Source: Octopus vulgaris
Taxonomy: Eukaryota
Length of the DNA: 64,000 nucleotides
Direction of reading: 5' to 3'
NCBI GenBank assembly: GCA_951406725.2
Contig: OX597837.1
Coordinates: 23,436,001-23,500,000 of the forward strand
Shown here: positions 41,833-54,910 of the stretch, piece after piece
How the letters are laid out: every line of letters begins with the position of its first letter
Position numbering within the stretch: position 1 is the stretch's first letter
Notes under the pieces: generated by a model
What the model was told of the DNA's origin: nothing
Seen by the model: only the letters and a program-made list of their open reading frames with translations
Databases searched by the model: none
Translations under genes and position numbers: made by a program

Positions 41833-42456
41833 GTGGTGTGCAAGAGAGATGACTGTCTTGGTATGGTCATGTGTTACATATGGATGCGGATAGCTGTGTG
41901 AGGATGTGCTACTCCCTAACTGTGAAAGGAACCTGTGGAAGAGATAGACCCAGGAAGACATAGGACGAGGTGGTGAAGCATGACCTTTGAACAATGGGCC
42001 TCATAGAGGCAATGAGAGGAGACCAAGACCTTTGGTGATATGCTGCGATTGAGAAGACCCGGCAACTAAAGTGAGATCACAGCCATGCATGTCCAGCCCA
42101 GTTAAGAGTACCTCTGATGTTTCGTGCGATATGATATGCTTGAGAAGACCTGCTGAGTCAAGTAAAACCAATATCATAGCTATTGCCAGTGCCCCCTGAC
42201 TGGATCCCATGCTGGTGGCACATAAAAAGCACTATCCAAACATGATAAATGCTAGGCCTGCCTGACTGGCTCCTGTGCAGGTGGAACGTAAAAAGCACCT
42301 ACTACACTCTCGGAGTGGTTGGCATTAGGAAGAGCATCCAGCTGTAGAAACATTGCTAGATCAGATTGGAGCCTGGTGCTGCTGGTGTCTCTCCATCCTC
42401 AGTCGAACCATACAATCCATGCTAGCATGGAAAACCAACACTAAACAATGATGATG
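41833..42456 (+). mobile_element. RTE LINE 3' fragment with 2 array units
   Basis: gtggtgtgcaagagag...gacgaggtggtgaagcatgacc, followed by the 3' UTR and tail. Confidence 0.85.
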
Positions 42457-42865
42457 CGCAGGAATGGCTGTGTGGCAAGTAGCTTGCTTACGAACCACAT
42501 GGTTCCGGGTTCAGTTCCACTGCATGGCACCCTGGGCCGACCAAAGCCTTGCGAGTAGATTTGGTAGACGGAAACTGAAAGAAGCTTGTCGTATATATGT
42601 ATATACATATATATGTATATACATATATATGTGTTTGTGTGTGTTTGTGTGTGGTTATGTGTCTGTGTTTGTCCCCCCAACATCGCTTGACAACCGATGC
42701 TGGTGTGTTTACGCTCCTGTAACTTAGCAGTTCATCAAAATAGACCAATAGAATAAGTACTAGGCTTACAAAGAATAAGACCTGGGGTCGAGTTGCTCGA
42801 CTAAAGGCGGTACTCCAGCATGGCCGCAGTCAAATGACTGAAACAAGTAAAAGAGTAAAAGAGTA
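42457..42865 (+). mobile_element. SINE family O directly after an RTE tail
   Basis: gcgcaggaatggctgtgtggcaag head to gtaaaagagtaaaagag tail. Confidence 0.85.
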
Positions 42866-43552
42866 TATGTGTGTGTGTGTGTGTGTGTGATGAAATAATG
42901 TATTTCACTCATAATTATTTTATTTTATTATTAGTTAAATTAATTTCAGTTGTGTTTGTTTTGTTCTGGAGAGATTTATATAACGTTTTAACTTTTATTA
43001 TAATAGTAACTATGGAAGACTAGTAGGATTATTATTTATATGGACTTAAAGATTGGTCATGGTTTAGCATATAATTTAGTTATTGCAATTTACTATTAAT
43101 ACTGATGCAATGTACATTGGTTTATTTGCTTCTTTGTTGTAGTTTAATTAAAGTTAGTGTTTAATCCTACCTATAAATTGATTGATTGAATGACTGTGGT
43201 TATTAAGCTTTCACTTTTATATTATACTATGGAAGATGGTACGGATTATAATTTTTGTATGACTTAATGGATGTGTCGCTGTTTAGTTACGTGTTTAGGA
43301 GTTGGTTGTAATTTACTTACTGAATTTATTTACTGATGAGGTTGTACGTAAGGTAAATGTGTTTGAAAGTTGTGGTGTTTTTTGGTTTGTTCCCAAATGA
43401 TGCTTATATTAGTGCTGTTGATACTGACAGATTGAATGGTACTGCCTAGGTGTGTGAAGGCTAAGACAATGTGAAATACATTGTCACCAGTGATGTATAA
43501 CAACATCTGATAGTCTGGTCAATTCTATGATATTGTAATATATATATATCAA

Positions 43553-43885
43553 ATTAAATTAGAGATAAAACCACTATTAGGCAAATCAAACAATGAAAAA
43601 CATAAAGCAAAACATACTTAATATAATACACAAATATATAAATATATAAAAAAATTATTAATTTAAAAATTTAAAAATTTATTAATTTAAAATTAAAAAA
43701 ATATTTAAAAAATATAAAAATTTATAAATATAAATTAAAAATCTTAAATTTAAATAATTTAAATTTTAAATTTCCATATTTTATATATTTGTATATTTTA
43801 TTAATTATGTTTATTTTTATGTTTTGATTTATGTTTTTCATTGTTTGATTTGCCTAATAGTGGTTTTATTGCTAATTTAATTTAA
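43553..43885. repeat. AT-rich fold-back (inverted repeat) element
   Basis: attagagataaaaccactattaggcaaatcaaacaatgaaaaac at 43558 has its reverse complement at 43835-43880. The same end occurs at 24685-24740, upstream of a hammerhead. Confidence 0.75.
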
Positions 43886-43957
43886 TTTATATTTATACTG
43901 TGAAATTGGATTTAATCTTAAATTTAATTTTTCTCTGTAAGTTTGGATTTACTCCCC

Positions 43958-44017
<60 letters not shown>

Positions 44018-44239
44018 GTATGTATGCATATATATATGTATATATGTATATATATTTATGTATATATGTATATATATATATGTATATATATATAGTTATT
44101 TAAATCTTGGGTATAGACATGCCTGTAGGCAACCACCCACAGCCAAACAAAAACATGTAGTATAATTAAACCACATGAAACTGGGTTTATTGAAGGAAGT
44201 ACCTTTTGAAATGTCACCTGACAAGACACATCTGCACAA

Positions 44240-44900
44240 ATGAGCATTTTAGCCTGTGGTTGCATCTTATAACTCTTTTGGAGTACTTGTTCACCAGTTT
44301 TATCTGCACACATTAAAATGTATAGGGTTTCCTCAGAACAGAGATTGCAAGGTCTAGACAATGTATTTTACAGATATGCATTTTTCAGTACCAATTTTTA
44401 AAGGAATTGGCAGTCGCACCAACATATACAAAGTATATGCTAATGTTCTCTCAGTACATTTCTATATTACATTCTTCTAAAGGCATTAATTTCACAGAGG
44501 ATACGTGTTCCTGTCCTTAGAATTACAATTCCTTACCACAATGTTTTCTAATCAGCTTTAACCAGTCTTCACCACTCTGTCACTTTGTTATCTCTAAATG
44601 CTAATTTTTATTGTTCATTTTATTCTTCAGTTTGTTTAGAACTTTCTTCTGTATAATCTGACCATCACAATAGAATGGTAATTTATAGTTAACCTGACCC
44701 TTTTCTTTTCTTTTATCTGTTCCTTTATGAATTTTGTATTTTGATTATAATTGTATTCTGTTTGTCATCATTATCTATGGTTTTAGTTTTGTCTCTAAAT
44801 TGCTGAAAATAACACATCACTTTGGATATGCATTCTTACACTGAGTGAAATGATGGTACAATCTGATGAAGAACTTATTTAAAGAATCAGATTCTGACTG
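44240..44900 (-). mobile_element. Penelope-like GIY-YIG endonuclease remnant
   Basis: Broken frames read CNSKDRNTYPL..CL.KNVI.KC, YVGATANSFKN and CNLCSEETLYIL...NK....RCNH. Confidence 0.65.
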
Positions 44901-44966
44901 AATCCTGTGTGTGTTAATATTGGCCTCCTAATGACAAAGTAAACTTCATATAATCAAGGTACCTTC

Positions 44967-45048
44967 GGCCTGAAGAATAGACTGGAATATACACCTTGCT
45001 TGGATACTTACCACTTCTGTGGTTCAGCTCACTGTGAAACATGTAGCT
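44967..45048 (+). ncRNA. Type I hammerhead ribozyme motif (same family as the 8731/8869 copies)
   Basis: ggc-CTGAAGA-atag...ctgt-GAAAC-at-GTA-gct. Lies next to, and inverted relative to, a PLE endonuclease remnant. Confidence 0.75.
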
Positions 45049-45110
45049 CAGATTTTTATCTGCTCCATTCCTTGATCTGTATATATATATATAAATAAAT
45101 AAATAAATAT

Positions 45111-45145
<35 letters not shown>

Positions 45146-45147
<2 letters not shown>

Positions 45148-45490
45148 CGGATGGTGCTTCCGTGTTGGTGGCACGTAAAAAGCACCATCCGAATCGTGGC
45201 CGAAGCCAGTGCCGCCTCGACTGGCTTCCATGCAGGTGGCACGTAAAATGCACCAATCCGACCGTGGCCGATGCCAGCCTCGCCTGGCTCCAGTGCAGGT
45301 GGCACGTAAAAAGCACCCACTACACTCACGGAGTGGTTGGCGTTAGGAAAGGCATCCAGCTGTAGAAACACTGCCAGATAAGACCGGAGCCTGGGGCAGC
45401 CTTCTAGCTTCCCAGATCCCCGGTCGAACCGTCCAACTCATGCTAGCATGGAGAATGGACGTTAAACGATGATGATGATGATGATGATGA
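45146..45490 (+). mobile_element. RTE LINE 3' UTR-only copy (3 units) with a fold-back 5' end
   Basis: Array and tail are present. The 5' end ttcggatggtgctt is the reverse complement of aagcaccatccgaa ~20 nt downstream. Confidence 0.85.
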
Positions 45491-45519
45491 TATATATATA
45501 TACACACACATATATATAT

Positions 45520-45945
45520 TCTTTTATTCTTTTATATGTTTCAGTCATTTGACTGTGGTCATGCATGCTGGAGCACCACTTTATTCTTTGTAAGACTAGT
45601 GCTTATTCTACCAGTCTCTTTTGTCCATCTGCTAAGATACAGGAATGTAAACACACCAACATCAGTTGTCAAGCGATGGTGGGGAGACAAACACTGACAC
45701 AAAGACATACACACATAAATGCATATAAATATATGTATATGCATATATATATATATATATATATACACACATGCATATATATGATGGGCTTCTTGCAGTT
45801 TCTATCTACCAAATCCACTCACAAGGCTTTGGTCAATTGAAGAAATAGTAGAAGACACTTGTTGAAGATGCCACATAGTGGAACTGAGCATGGAACCATG
45901 TGGTTGGGAAGCAAGCTTCTTACCACACAGCTATATCTGCACTTA
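45520..45945 (-). mobile_element. SINE family O (degenerate)
   Basis: Reverse-complement copy. Confidence 0.75.
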
Positions 45946-45949
45946 TATA

Positions 45950-46243
45950 TCTTTATATATAAAAGTGAGGTTGTGTGAGTGTCTGTCCCCTTCGATTTAG
46001 ATTCCTAACTACTCCCACATTTTGTGATGCAGTTTAACCAAAACCGGGTATCTTATAGTCGTGATTCATATCGAGCCCTTCTGGATATTAGCACACGTCT
46101 ACGATGAGTCTACGATTTTAAAAATAATTTACCATCATTTTTTTCCATTTTAATGCATTTTTTTGCTATTATAGTAACTCTCTAAAAATGCTTATATAGT
46201 TATTTCCCTTACAAACCCGAGCAACGCCGGGCGATACTGCTAG
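45950..46243 (+). mobile_element. Short non-autonomous Helitron
   Basis: A|TCtttatatataaaag ... cccgagcaacgccggg-cgatactg-CTAG|T. Same 3' hairpin as the 23631 element but a different interior. Confidence 0.8.
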
Positions 46244-46269
46244 TATGATATAAATGTTAGAATTGGCTG

Positions 46270-46790
46270 GTTTATAGGATTACCTTTGGTTTCATGTCCA
46301 TAAAGCACTTTTCTTAACAACGTATCATCAGATCCCAAAACCTGTTGGCTTAAGGCCTCTCTGGCATATGGAAATGACCTTGCTACCTAATGTTAACAAC
46401 AGAGAATTGGCTGTCAATTACCTGTACCCTGTTATCCTGTAGGTTCTAATAGGCTAGCAGGAATTTCCTGAAATATAAGCATGGTCTCAAGACCTCCGTT
46501 CTGGAGTTAAGGATGTTCCCTGGTTTGAATGGGTCTTTTAGGGTTCTTGTGCATTCAGTTATGCATTACTTGCAATTCTTCATCCTGTTGATGTAGAAGC
46601 CTGTGATCCCGAGGATTTTGCATGAGATTGAGTATGGAACCCCATCATCTCTAAGTTGCCAGACGTGGCTGGCCAGTGATGTTACATATCTCCTTTCCAG
46701 AACTCTGAAGGAGGACCTGTGGCTGGGGGACCATTGCTTGAAAGAGTTCCCGGAACATCCAATGTCTCACCATGAGGATGTGCTGTTGGT
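46270..46790 (-). mobile_element. Penelope-like 3' remnant with a downstream hammerhead
   Basis: Broken frames YINRMKNCK*CITECTR...LNSRTEVLRPC, followed on the same strand by a hammerhead motif at 46277-46335. Confidence 0.6.
46277..46335 (-). ncRNA. Hammerhead motif (helix II decayed)
   Basis: Minus strand: ggat-CTGATGA-...ctttatggacat-GAAAC-caaag-GTA-atcc. A sister half-copy at 13015-13060 keeps the tccataaag/ctttatgga helix II. Confidence 0.62.
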
Positions 46791-46877
46791 ACTGTACCTG
46801 CTGGTGTTGTTGTCGCTGTTGCTGCTGTATATATATATATATATATCTACACATGTATGTTTATGTGTGTGTGTATG

Positions 46878-46932
<55 letters not shown>

Positions 46933-47042
46933 AAGAATATTTAAAAAATAGGACATGGAATGTGAAATAGACTTTATTGGGTAATCGAAACTGTGCCGGT
47001 ACCTTACTCATCGTCCATTTATACATTTTGTACAATTTCTCC

Positions 47043-47100
<58 letters not shown>

Positions 47101-47305
47101 CATGTATGTATGTGTATTTGTCTTTTATTTAATGGCAAGTTAATTTCCAGGAATTCGTTATTCTGAAGATTATCTCCCCTTCTCATTTAGAGATGGCAGC
47201 AATTTCTACCAAGTGATTGGTCTCCTCTTTCAGAAAGAAGAGATAATTTCAATAAATCAAGAATATATCTTGTATGCTTTGCTATTATACTTTTATTTAT
47301 CTTAC

Positions 47306-47362
<57 letters not shown>

Positions 47363-47484
47363 TGTAAACATATGACTGTCTCTGTGGGGTGGGGGCGAGG
47401 GAGACAGAGACTGAATGAGAAACAGAAATAGAGTAACTAAGAGAAAGCTGATGGATATATAAGTAGATAACGAGGTAGATCAAT

Positions 47485-47515
<31 letters not shown>

Positions 47516-47737
47516 CACACACACATACATGTAAATATATGTTTATGTAAATATACTTATATAGACATACATATATATTTATATATATGTGTGTATATAT
47601 ACATATACAGTGCATATGTGTGTATATATAATGTGTATATATATATATATATATGAAAAAATTTATATATATACACTGTATATGTATATATATTTATACA
47701 CACACACATATTTATGGTAAATATATATGTATACATA

Positions 47738-47775
<38 letters not shown>

Positions 47776-47791
47776 TTGTATGTGTATATTA

Positions 47792-47847
<56 letters not shown>

Positions 47848-48764
47848 TACACATATATATATATATTTGTATGTGTGTATATTAAATGAAATACAAGAAC
47901 ACTGGATGTGTTGTTTGTGGAATCATTATAAATAACTAGATTAATGAATGTAATATCATCTTAGACAAATCCCGTAAGATAGCAATTGTCTTTTATTCCA
48001 GTTCTTTGCATTCACTTTCAGACAGATATACAGACAGATGGACAGTTGTATGAAGAAACTAACAATGGGTCAGACTCCAACTACAACAACAAAAAACAAC
48101 AACACCAACAACAACAACAACAGAACTTATAACCTTTTGAAGTTTCAACAGGAAGATAAAGATAATGCGAGGGAGAGATAATATTTAACAATTACAGTTA
48201 AAACCAACACTACCACTGACACCAACACCAACACCAACAACATCAACAACAACAACAAAAAGTACACTAACAATGAAGGCAATAGCTACAACAACTATTG
48301 CAGAGAATATGAAGACAATGGTATTAATATTAATAATAACTGTCTTAAATAGAGAGACGTGTCTGGAATTTCAGAAAGAAATGAGAAATAAAAAGACGGT
48401 GAAAATAAGAACAGAACTGTTGTGTTGTGTATTTGTTATTTAGTTTTGTTAAAATATTCATCGTCTCTGTTATTTACAGTTTGTTGTACATGTTTGTTTT
48501 TTATTGTTGTTGTTGTATAATATTTCGTGGGTTGATTTTTTTTGTCTCAAATTTTATTTTTAAAATTGTTGAATTTTAAAACTCTTTCTTTTCTTTTATT
48601 TTGTTTTCAAAGGTGATGGGGTGGACTTTTTAAAGATGTTGTGAAATATTTGCAGTGATAACTGGCTATGTAAAAGACATTAGGATATATATAAGTGTGT
48701 GTATGTATGTATGTATAAAAAGATGTTTGTGTGTGTGTATATATGTATATGTATATATATATCT

Positions 48765-49060
48765 TGTTCCTTCTCGAGCCAGGTCTGGCTTTAGGGCTGG
48801 ATTCCTGGTTTCCTTGGCATATAGGTTCCCCGCCTGGACAGGATGCCAGTCCATCGCAGGTGAGTCGCAAGATGCAGGAGGAAAGAGTGAGAGAAAGTTA
48901 TGGCAAAAGAGTCAGCAGAAGTGCAACATTACCTTCTGCCAGAGCTGCATGGAGCTTAGGTGTTTTGCTCATAAACACACACATCACCCAGTCTGAGATT
49001 CAAGCCTGCGATCCCTTGCCTGCGAGTCTGCTGCCCTAACCACTAGGCCATGTGCCTCCA
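48765..49060 (-). mobile_element. SINE family A with an alternative tail
   Basis: ctgccctaaccactaggccatgtgcctccac head and gagtgagagaaagtt body. The tail is shared with 37345-37375. Confidence 0.7.
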
Positions 49061-49159
49061 CATATGTATATATATATACATACATATATATACACACACA
49101 TATATATTTCCTTGGTGGCTTCTTGCAACTTGAAAAGTCAACCTGAAAATGTCGATTCT

Positions 49160-49470
49160 GGAAATCTCATTAAGAGGTCATTCTGGAACAAGGAGATCAA
49201 GGACAGAACTGGAGTGAAGGGTGTTGCCATTGAATACTACCACACAAAATTACAATGGACCGGTCATGTTGCAAGGTTCTCAGATGATCAGTGGACCCAT
49301 GCAGTTGTTGAGTGGGGCCCGTGTGAGTGGAAGAAACCACTAGGAAGACTTCCAGTCATGTAGGAAGATGATTTAAGAAAAATGTCTGGAGCAATAAGGG
49401 GAATGGCACAAATGCTGTGGCTAGTCGAGCCAATTTGGCACCAGACAGCCTGGCTGATGCAGGGGATATA
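49160..49470 (+). mobile_element. Third RTE-like LINE C-terminal remnant
   Basis: ORF 49052-49363 ...NKEIKDRTGV...KLQWTGHVARFSDDQWTHAVVEW..KKPLGRLP. Confidence 0.7.
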
Positions 49471-49482
49471 CATATATCTCTC

Positions 49483-49845
49483 TAGTTGTTTCAGTCATTT
49501 GACAGTGGCCATGCTGGAGCACTACTTTTAGTCGAGCAAATTGACCCCAGGACTTATTCAATCGATCTATTTTGCCGAAACACTAAGTTACGGGGACGTA
49601 AACACACCAGCATCAGTTGTCAAGCAATGTTGGAGGGGACAAACACAGACACACAAACACACACACACACACACACACGCATATATACATATATACGATG
49701 GGCTTCTTTCAGTTTCCATCTACCAAATCCACTCACAAGGCTTTGGTTGGCCCGAGGCTATAGTATAAGACACTTGCCCAAGGTGCCACACAGTGGGATT
49801 GAACCTGGAACCATATGGTTGGTAAGCAAGCTACTTACCACACAA
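49483..49845 (-). mobile_element. SINE family O
   Basis: Reverse-complement copy. Confidence 0.8.
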
Positions 49846-50204
49846 TATATATAATCTGCATCGTCATCCTTTAATGTCTGTTTTCCATGTTGGCATGGGT
49901 TGGATGGTTTGACCAGAGCTGGGAATTGGAGAGCTTATGGTGACCTCATTTGTCATTCCACCAACTGAAAGTTCTATGACAATGGAAGAGCTGCAATGTG
50001 GGCAGATGTAACTTGTTGGAAGTGCATAATAAGTTATAATAACTTTTGTCTGTCACTTATACTTCCAACCATGCAGATCTGCATTGGACTGAAGAGTCAT
50101 CTGAATGGTCATGGATGGAAAGTCAAAACTACCATTGACAACAAGAAAGCAGGAAGAGACAACAATCATTTGTGAAGGTGGAGCAATCACCATATGCTGA
50201 GACC

Positions 50205-50545
50205 CCATTCGGTCATGACTAACCATGGGATTGCACCTAGAAAGTTACCTTCTCAGGCACAAGTTCCGGGCAAGGTTGTTTAAGGAAGACCAGCTGTTGC
50301 CCATGCATACTAGCCTCCCCTCTCCATGCCACCAATGTTATCCAAGGGAAAGGCAAAGGGGCCGATACAGTTTGGCACCTGTTACGTCGCAGCTCATTTC
50401 TAATTTCTACAATTGAGTAAACTGGAGCAATGTGAAATATAGCGTCTTGCTCAAGAACACAATACACAGCCCGGTCCGGGATTCAAACTCACAACCTCAC
50501 GATCGTAAGCTCAATGCTCTTACCACAGAGCCATATGACTTCACA
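50205..50545 (-). mobile_element. SINE family C
   Basis: Reverse complement of the 26218 copy. Confidence 0.8.
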
Positions 50546-51049
50546 CCAATCACACATATATATATATGTGTGAAGTCATATACTAATGTATGGTCCCGAC
50601 CTCTATACATCCCTTATCTTTACATTCTTTTACACTTTTATCATGTTTTTATCAGGTTCTTTTACTTCTTTTACTATTATTTCCATTTCTATTTTTACTT
50701 TATATGCCTTTACATTTATTTATATATATTTCTTTATACCCCTTTACATCTCCTTACAACTCTTTATATCTTTACCCTCTACATTTTTATATTATTCTAT
50801 ACGTACATTTTTTATATATATTTTTTATCCCTCGTCCCGAACTCTCGCCCCTCCATCTTCACCTCTATATACGTATTTATTTATTTACATTACCTCAACA
50901 TCCAAGTTTCCTCATTCTACATAGAGAGAAGAAAGAGATGGACGCTTCAATTCTATGCTGCTGCCGCATTATGTCATACGTGAACGAGAGGATTTGCATC
51001 CCCAACCAAGAATTTTTGATGTAACGCATGTCCTTGTGGAAGCTGTTGT

Positions 51050-51130
51050 GCGGGCTGAAGAAGGCCACAGACATACAGTTGATGCTTTGTTATAAATCTG
51101 TCTAATAAAGGCCCGAAACATATGTACCGC
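51050..51130 (+). ncRNA. Type I hammerhead ribozyme motif
   Basis: gcggg-CTGAAGA-aggcc...ggccc-GAAAC-atat-GTA-ccgc. A:C mismatch at the base of helix II; helix I needs a one-nt slip. Confidence 0.72.
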
Positions 51131-51188
51131 TGAATCCTTCGCCTCATGTTTTTATTTTTATTTTGATCAATTTATATGTATATATATG

Positions 51189-51254
<66 letters not shown>

Positions 51255-51400
51255 ATAAATATCGTGTACATTAGTACACATTAAGAGGCTTCCAAATAGG
51301 AAAGCCTTGTGCTAGAAAGAGCAGTAGAAAATTCAAACCACTAATTATGGATAAATTCTCGAAAGGATTGAAAATTAAAAACGTTTACCATCTAATTTAG

Positions 51401-51470
51401 TTCCTAGACCATGGTTTCTAACTCATTCCAGTGCAAAAATATTCATTGAGGCTAGTTTCATCAGTAGGAA
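51401..51470 (-). ncRNA. Type I hammerhead ribozyme motif
   Basis: Minus strand: ttccta-CTGATGA-aact...agtta-GAAAC-catg-GTC-taggaa. Helix I 6 bp; palindromic helix III accatggt; base of helix II imperfect. Confidence 0.8.
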
Positions 51471-51675
51471 GCCTTTAGATTTCAAATATACACACAACTA
51501 GATTCACCTGTAAAGCAGTTACCTGTATATCCTAAGTTTTCAAAACAGCTGCGTCGATGCAGTTTTTCTGGCAACAGAGAGGATGCCAGTAAAAATTTCA
51601 AACAAATCTATCAAAAAATATTTAAACATAATAAATAATATTAGGGTAATAAGAATTATAGAAATTATTATTACC

Positions 51676-53065
51676 AGTGTGGAAGCTAGGTTTAGAATCG
51701 AAGGGCCTTAGAGTCAATGTCGCAAAGACCAAAGTTATAGTAAGTAGGAAGGTGAACACATCACACACCCATTCAGATAGATGGCCCTGCTCAATCTGTA
51801 GAAAAGGTGTAGGTAGAAACTCCATAAGATGTACCCAGTGTAAGCTATGGACACATAAGAGGTGCAAAAGCATCAAAGGAAGATTAACCAGGAAGATAGC
51901 TTTCATGTGTGGCAGATGTACAGGGGCAATAAGCACCACAGATGCTCAGAAAACAGATTTCATCACATGCCAGGGGAAGAAACTAGAAGTATTTGATAGC
52001 TTCCGCTATCTAGGTGACCAAGTCTGTATTGGGGGTGGATGCTCAGAGAGTGTTTCCACTAGAATAAGAATAGCCTGGGCAAAGTTCAGAAAGCTACTAC
52101 CTCTACTGGTGACAAAGGGCCTCTCACTCAGAGTGAAAGGCAGATTGTATGATGCATATGTGCGAACTGCCATGTGACTGCTGAAGACATGTGTAGGCTC
52201 AAAAGAAATGAAACTAGCATGATCCGCTGGATGTGTAATGTCAGTGTACACACACGACAGTGTATGCGCCCTGAGAGAAATGTTGGACATAAGAAGCATT
52301 GGATGTGACATGCAAGAGAGACATTTGCATTGGTATGGTCATGTATTACAGATGGATCAGGATGTGACATGCAAGAGAGACGTTTGCATTGGTATGGTCA
52401 TGTATTACAGATGGATGAGGAGAGCCATGTGAAGAAGTGCCACTCCCAAACAGTGGAAGGAATCTGGGGTAGAGAGAGACCCAAGAAGACATGGGATGAG
52501 GTGGTGAAGTGTGACCTTCGAACGTTGGGCCTCACAGAGGGATTGACAAAAGATCGTGGCCTCTGGAGATATGCTGTGACTGAGAAGACCCTGCAAATAA
52601 AGTGAGTTCACAGCTGTAACCCACACCAGGGTCGCATAACCAGCCCGCTCAAAAGTACCTTGGATCGTAGAGTATCATGCCGTGCTTGAGGAGACCTATT
52701 GAGTTAAGTACATCAAAGTCAAATCAAATCACACTCAAATGGAAATTGTAGTTGTGATCCCCATGCCAGTGGCATGTAAAAAGCACTACCTGAATGTTGC
52801 CAATGCCAGTGCCACCTTGGATGGCTTCCTTGCCAGTGACATGTAAAAAGCACCATCTGATTATGATCGATGCCAGCCCCTCTGGCCCCTCTGCTAGTGG
52901 CACGTAAAAAGCACCCACTACACTCAAGGAGTGGTTGGTGTTAGGGAGGGCATCCAGCTGTAGAAACACTGCCAGATCAGACTGGAGCCTGGTGCAGCCT
53001 CCTGGCTTCCCAGACCCCAGTCGAACCATCGAACCCATGCAAGGATGGAAAATGAACATTAAAAC
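51676..53065 (+). mobile_element. RTE LINE 3' fragment (PHD, C-terminus, 3 array units, tail)
   Basis: ORF 51677-52177 has WPCSICRKGVGRNSIRCTQCKLWTHKRC...FRYLG; ORF 52330-52605 follows. Internal ~59-bp tandem duplication at ~52300-52417. Confidence 0.9.
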
Positions 53066-53069
53066 TTTT

Positions 53070-53260
53070 TGCATGCCACTGGCATAGGGACCAGTCAGGC
53101 AGCACTGGTATCCATCACGTTCAGATGGTGCTTTTAATGTGCAACTGGCATGGGAGTCAGTCAGTGGGTACTGACATCAGCCATGTTCAGATGGTGACTT
53201 TTATGTGCCACCAGCACGCAGGCCAGTCAGGTAGTCCTGGCATTGATGACGATCCAGGCA
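53070..53260 (-). repeat. Inverted fragment of the 3' UTR array abutting the preceding LINE tail
   Basis: gatggtgcttttaatgtgc / ttttatgtgccacc units in opposite orientation to 52770-52920. Confidence 0.7.
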
Positions 53261-53545
53261 TCGATAATATATATGTATATATATAAGAAATTAAAGAAGG
53301 GAAATGCACACACTTTACATACTTTTAATATAATTTTTGATATATCTTGTATTGTGTTTGTCGACCGGTTTCACTTTCGCTATTTATTTAAATATGTATT
53401 TTCTTAAAAAGAATTCTTTTCTCCATGTTGTGTGTGAAGTTTATGAATGAATGATGGAACAAGTAGAAAAATCTAAGGGGAGGTAATTGGTTAGCCTTAT
53501 TATTGTGAGCAGGGGAGATAATTGTTCAGCTTTTGGTGGCAGGAG

Positions 53546-53586
<41 letters not shown>

Positions 53587-53659
53587 AAAAATTAAAAAAC
53601 TAGTGTAGTGGGGAGAAATATGTACAGTGGTGGGTATGTAATCATGAATTAAAATATGT

Positions 53660-54910
53660 AAAGAGATCAAAGTTGGTTATGCGTGCATATTTAGACATGT
53701 TCTGTATTTTTCAATGAAAAAATTTACTTTATTTAAATGTTCATGAAAAGAAATTGTATCTTTGCACTGGTAGAAGGGGAAAACAGTGAAATTTGGTTTG
53801 ATGTTACCTGCACATTTCTCTATGTGTTCACTTAAAGGAATTTGTCTGTATTGCGGGAACCAGATCTGCTCTTTATGTAGAGTGGTTCTCCGTCTCAATG
53901 TCATACTTGTTTGTCCTATATAGTGATGTCCACAACCCGAGCATAAAGTAGATTCTCAGAGGCACAAGTGAAGTTCGTATTAAATGTGAACATCTCTCCT
54001 TGTTTGAAAACAAAATCGGAGCCTTCAAGTAGGTTGGGACATGTTCCAAAGTTTGGGCATCCACATTTTTTAACCGTTGGTTTTGTGGTTGTTGTGTAAA
54101 GCTTTGCATTTGTTAGAAGTCTCTTTAGCGATTTGTGCTGCCTTTTGCATTTGATGAGTTTATGAGCTTTCAGAATGTTGTCCATTGTTGGGTCTCTAGT
54201 TAGTAAAGGGAGATTTTGCACAATAATGTTGTATGTGTCATTGTTCCAAGGGTTGTGGGTTGATATATACAGTAGTGTTTTGGAATGAGGTGTGGTGTTA
54301 TGTTTTGTTGCTCTTAGTGTTTTTATGTCTAATTTCTTAGCATGCTTAATTCCATCATCTATAAGTCAGGGTGGGTATTGTCTTTCAGTCAGTGTTGTTT
54401 TGAGGTTTTGAAGACAAGCATCCTGAGTAGTTCTATCCCACAATATTGTGCAAATCCTTTTGCCAAATTAAAGGGGATATTTATTTTGATGTGTTTCGTG
54501 TGGTATGAGCTAAAGAGATATTGTTTCAAGTCCGTTGATTTATGATACATGTCGGTTATAATTTGGTTGTTGACTTTTTTATCATAATATCCAAAAATGC
54601 AAGCTGTTCTTTGCTGTATTCCATTGTGAATTGAATGTTACTATTTATATCATTTAGTGTTGATTTGAAGTCCAAAAGTTTGTCGATAGTCTCCTTCCAA
54701 ATTATAAAACAGTCATCTAGGTATCTTTTCCAGCTTTCTCTTATGTAATGGTGAAATGGATAACCATAGTTTTGAAGTGACACTTTATATATGGTGAATT
54801 CAAAATAACCAATTATCAGGTTCACAAGAACAGGGCTGCTTTCATTCCCATCACAATTCCGCATTTTTGATGATAGTAGGTGTCATCAAATAGGAAATAA
54901 TTGTTCTGAA
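53660..54910 (-). mobile_element. Penelope-like element remnant (RT + Cys linker/GIY-YIG), frameshifted
   Basis: WKRYLDDCFIIW...IQFTMEYSKEQLAFLDIMI (54556-54864) and VKKCGCPNFGTCPNL...FTCASENLLY (53916-54221) are PLE-type motifs. Confidence 0.85.

Noticed and set aside
50080-50135. Hammerhead (ggactgaagagtcatc...gatggaaagtc)
   Set aside because: GAAAC and helix I are not intact; probably a decayed copy.
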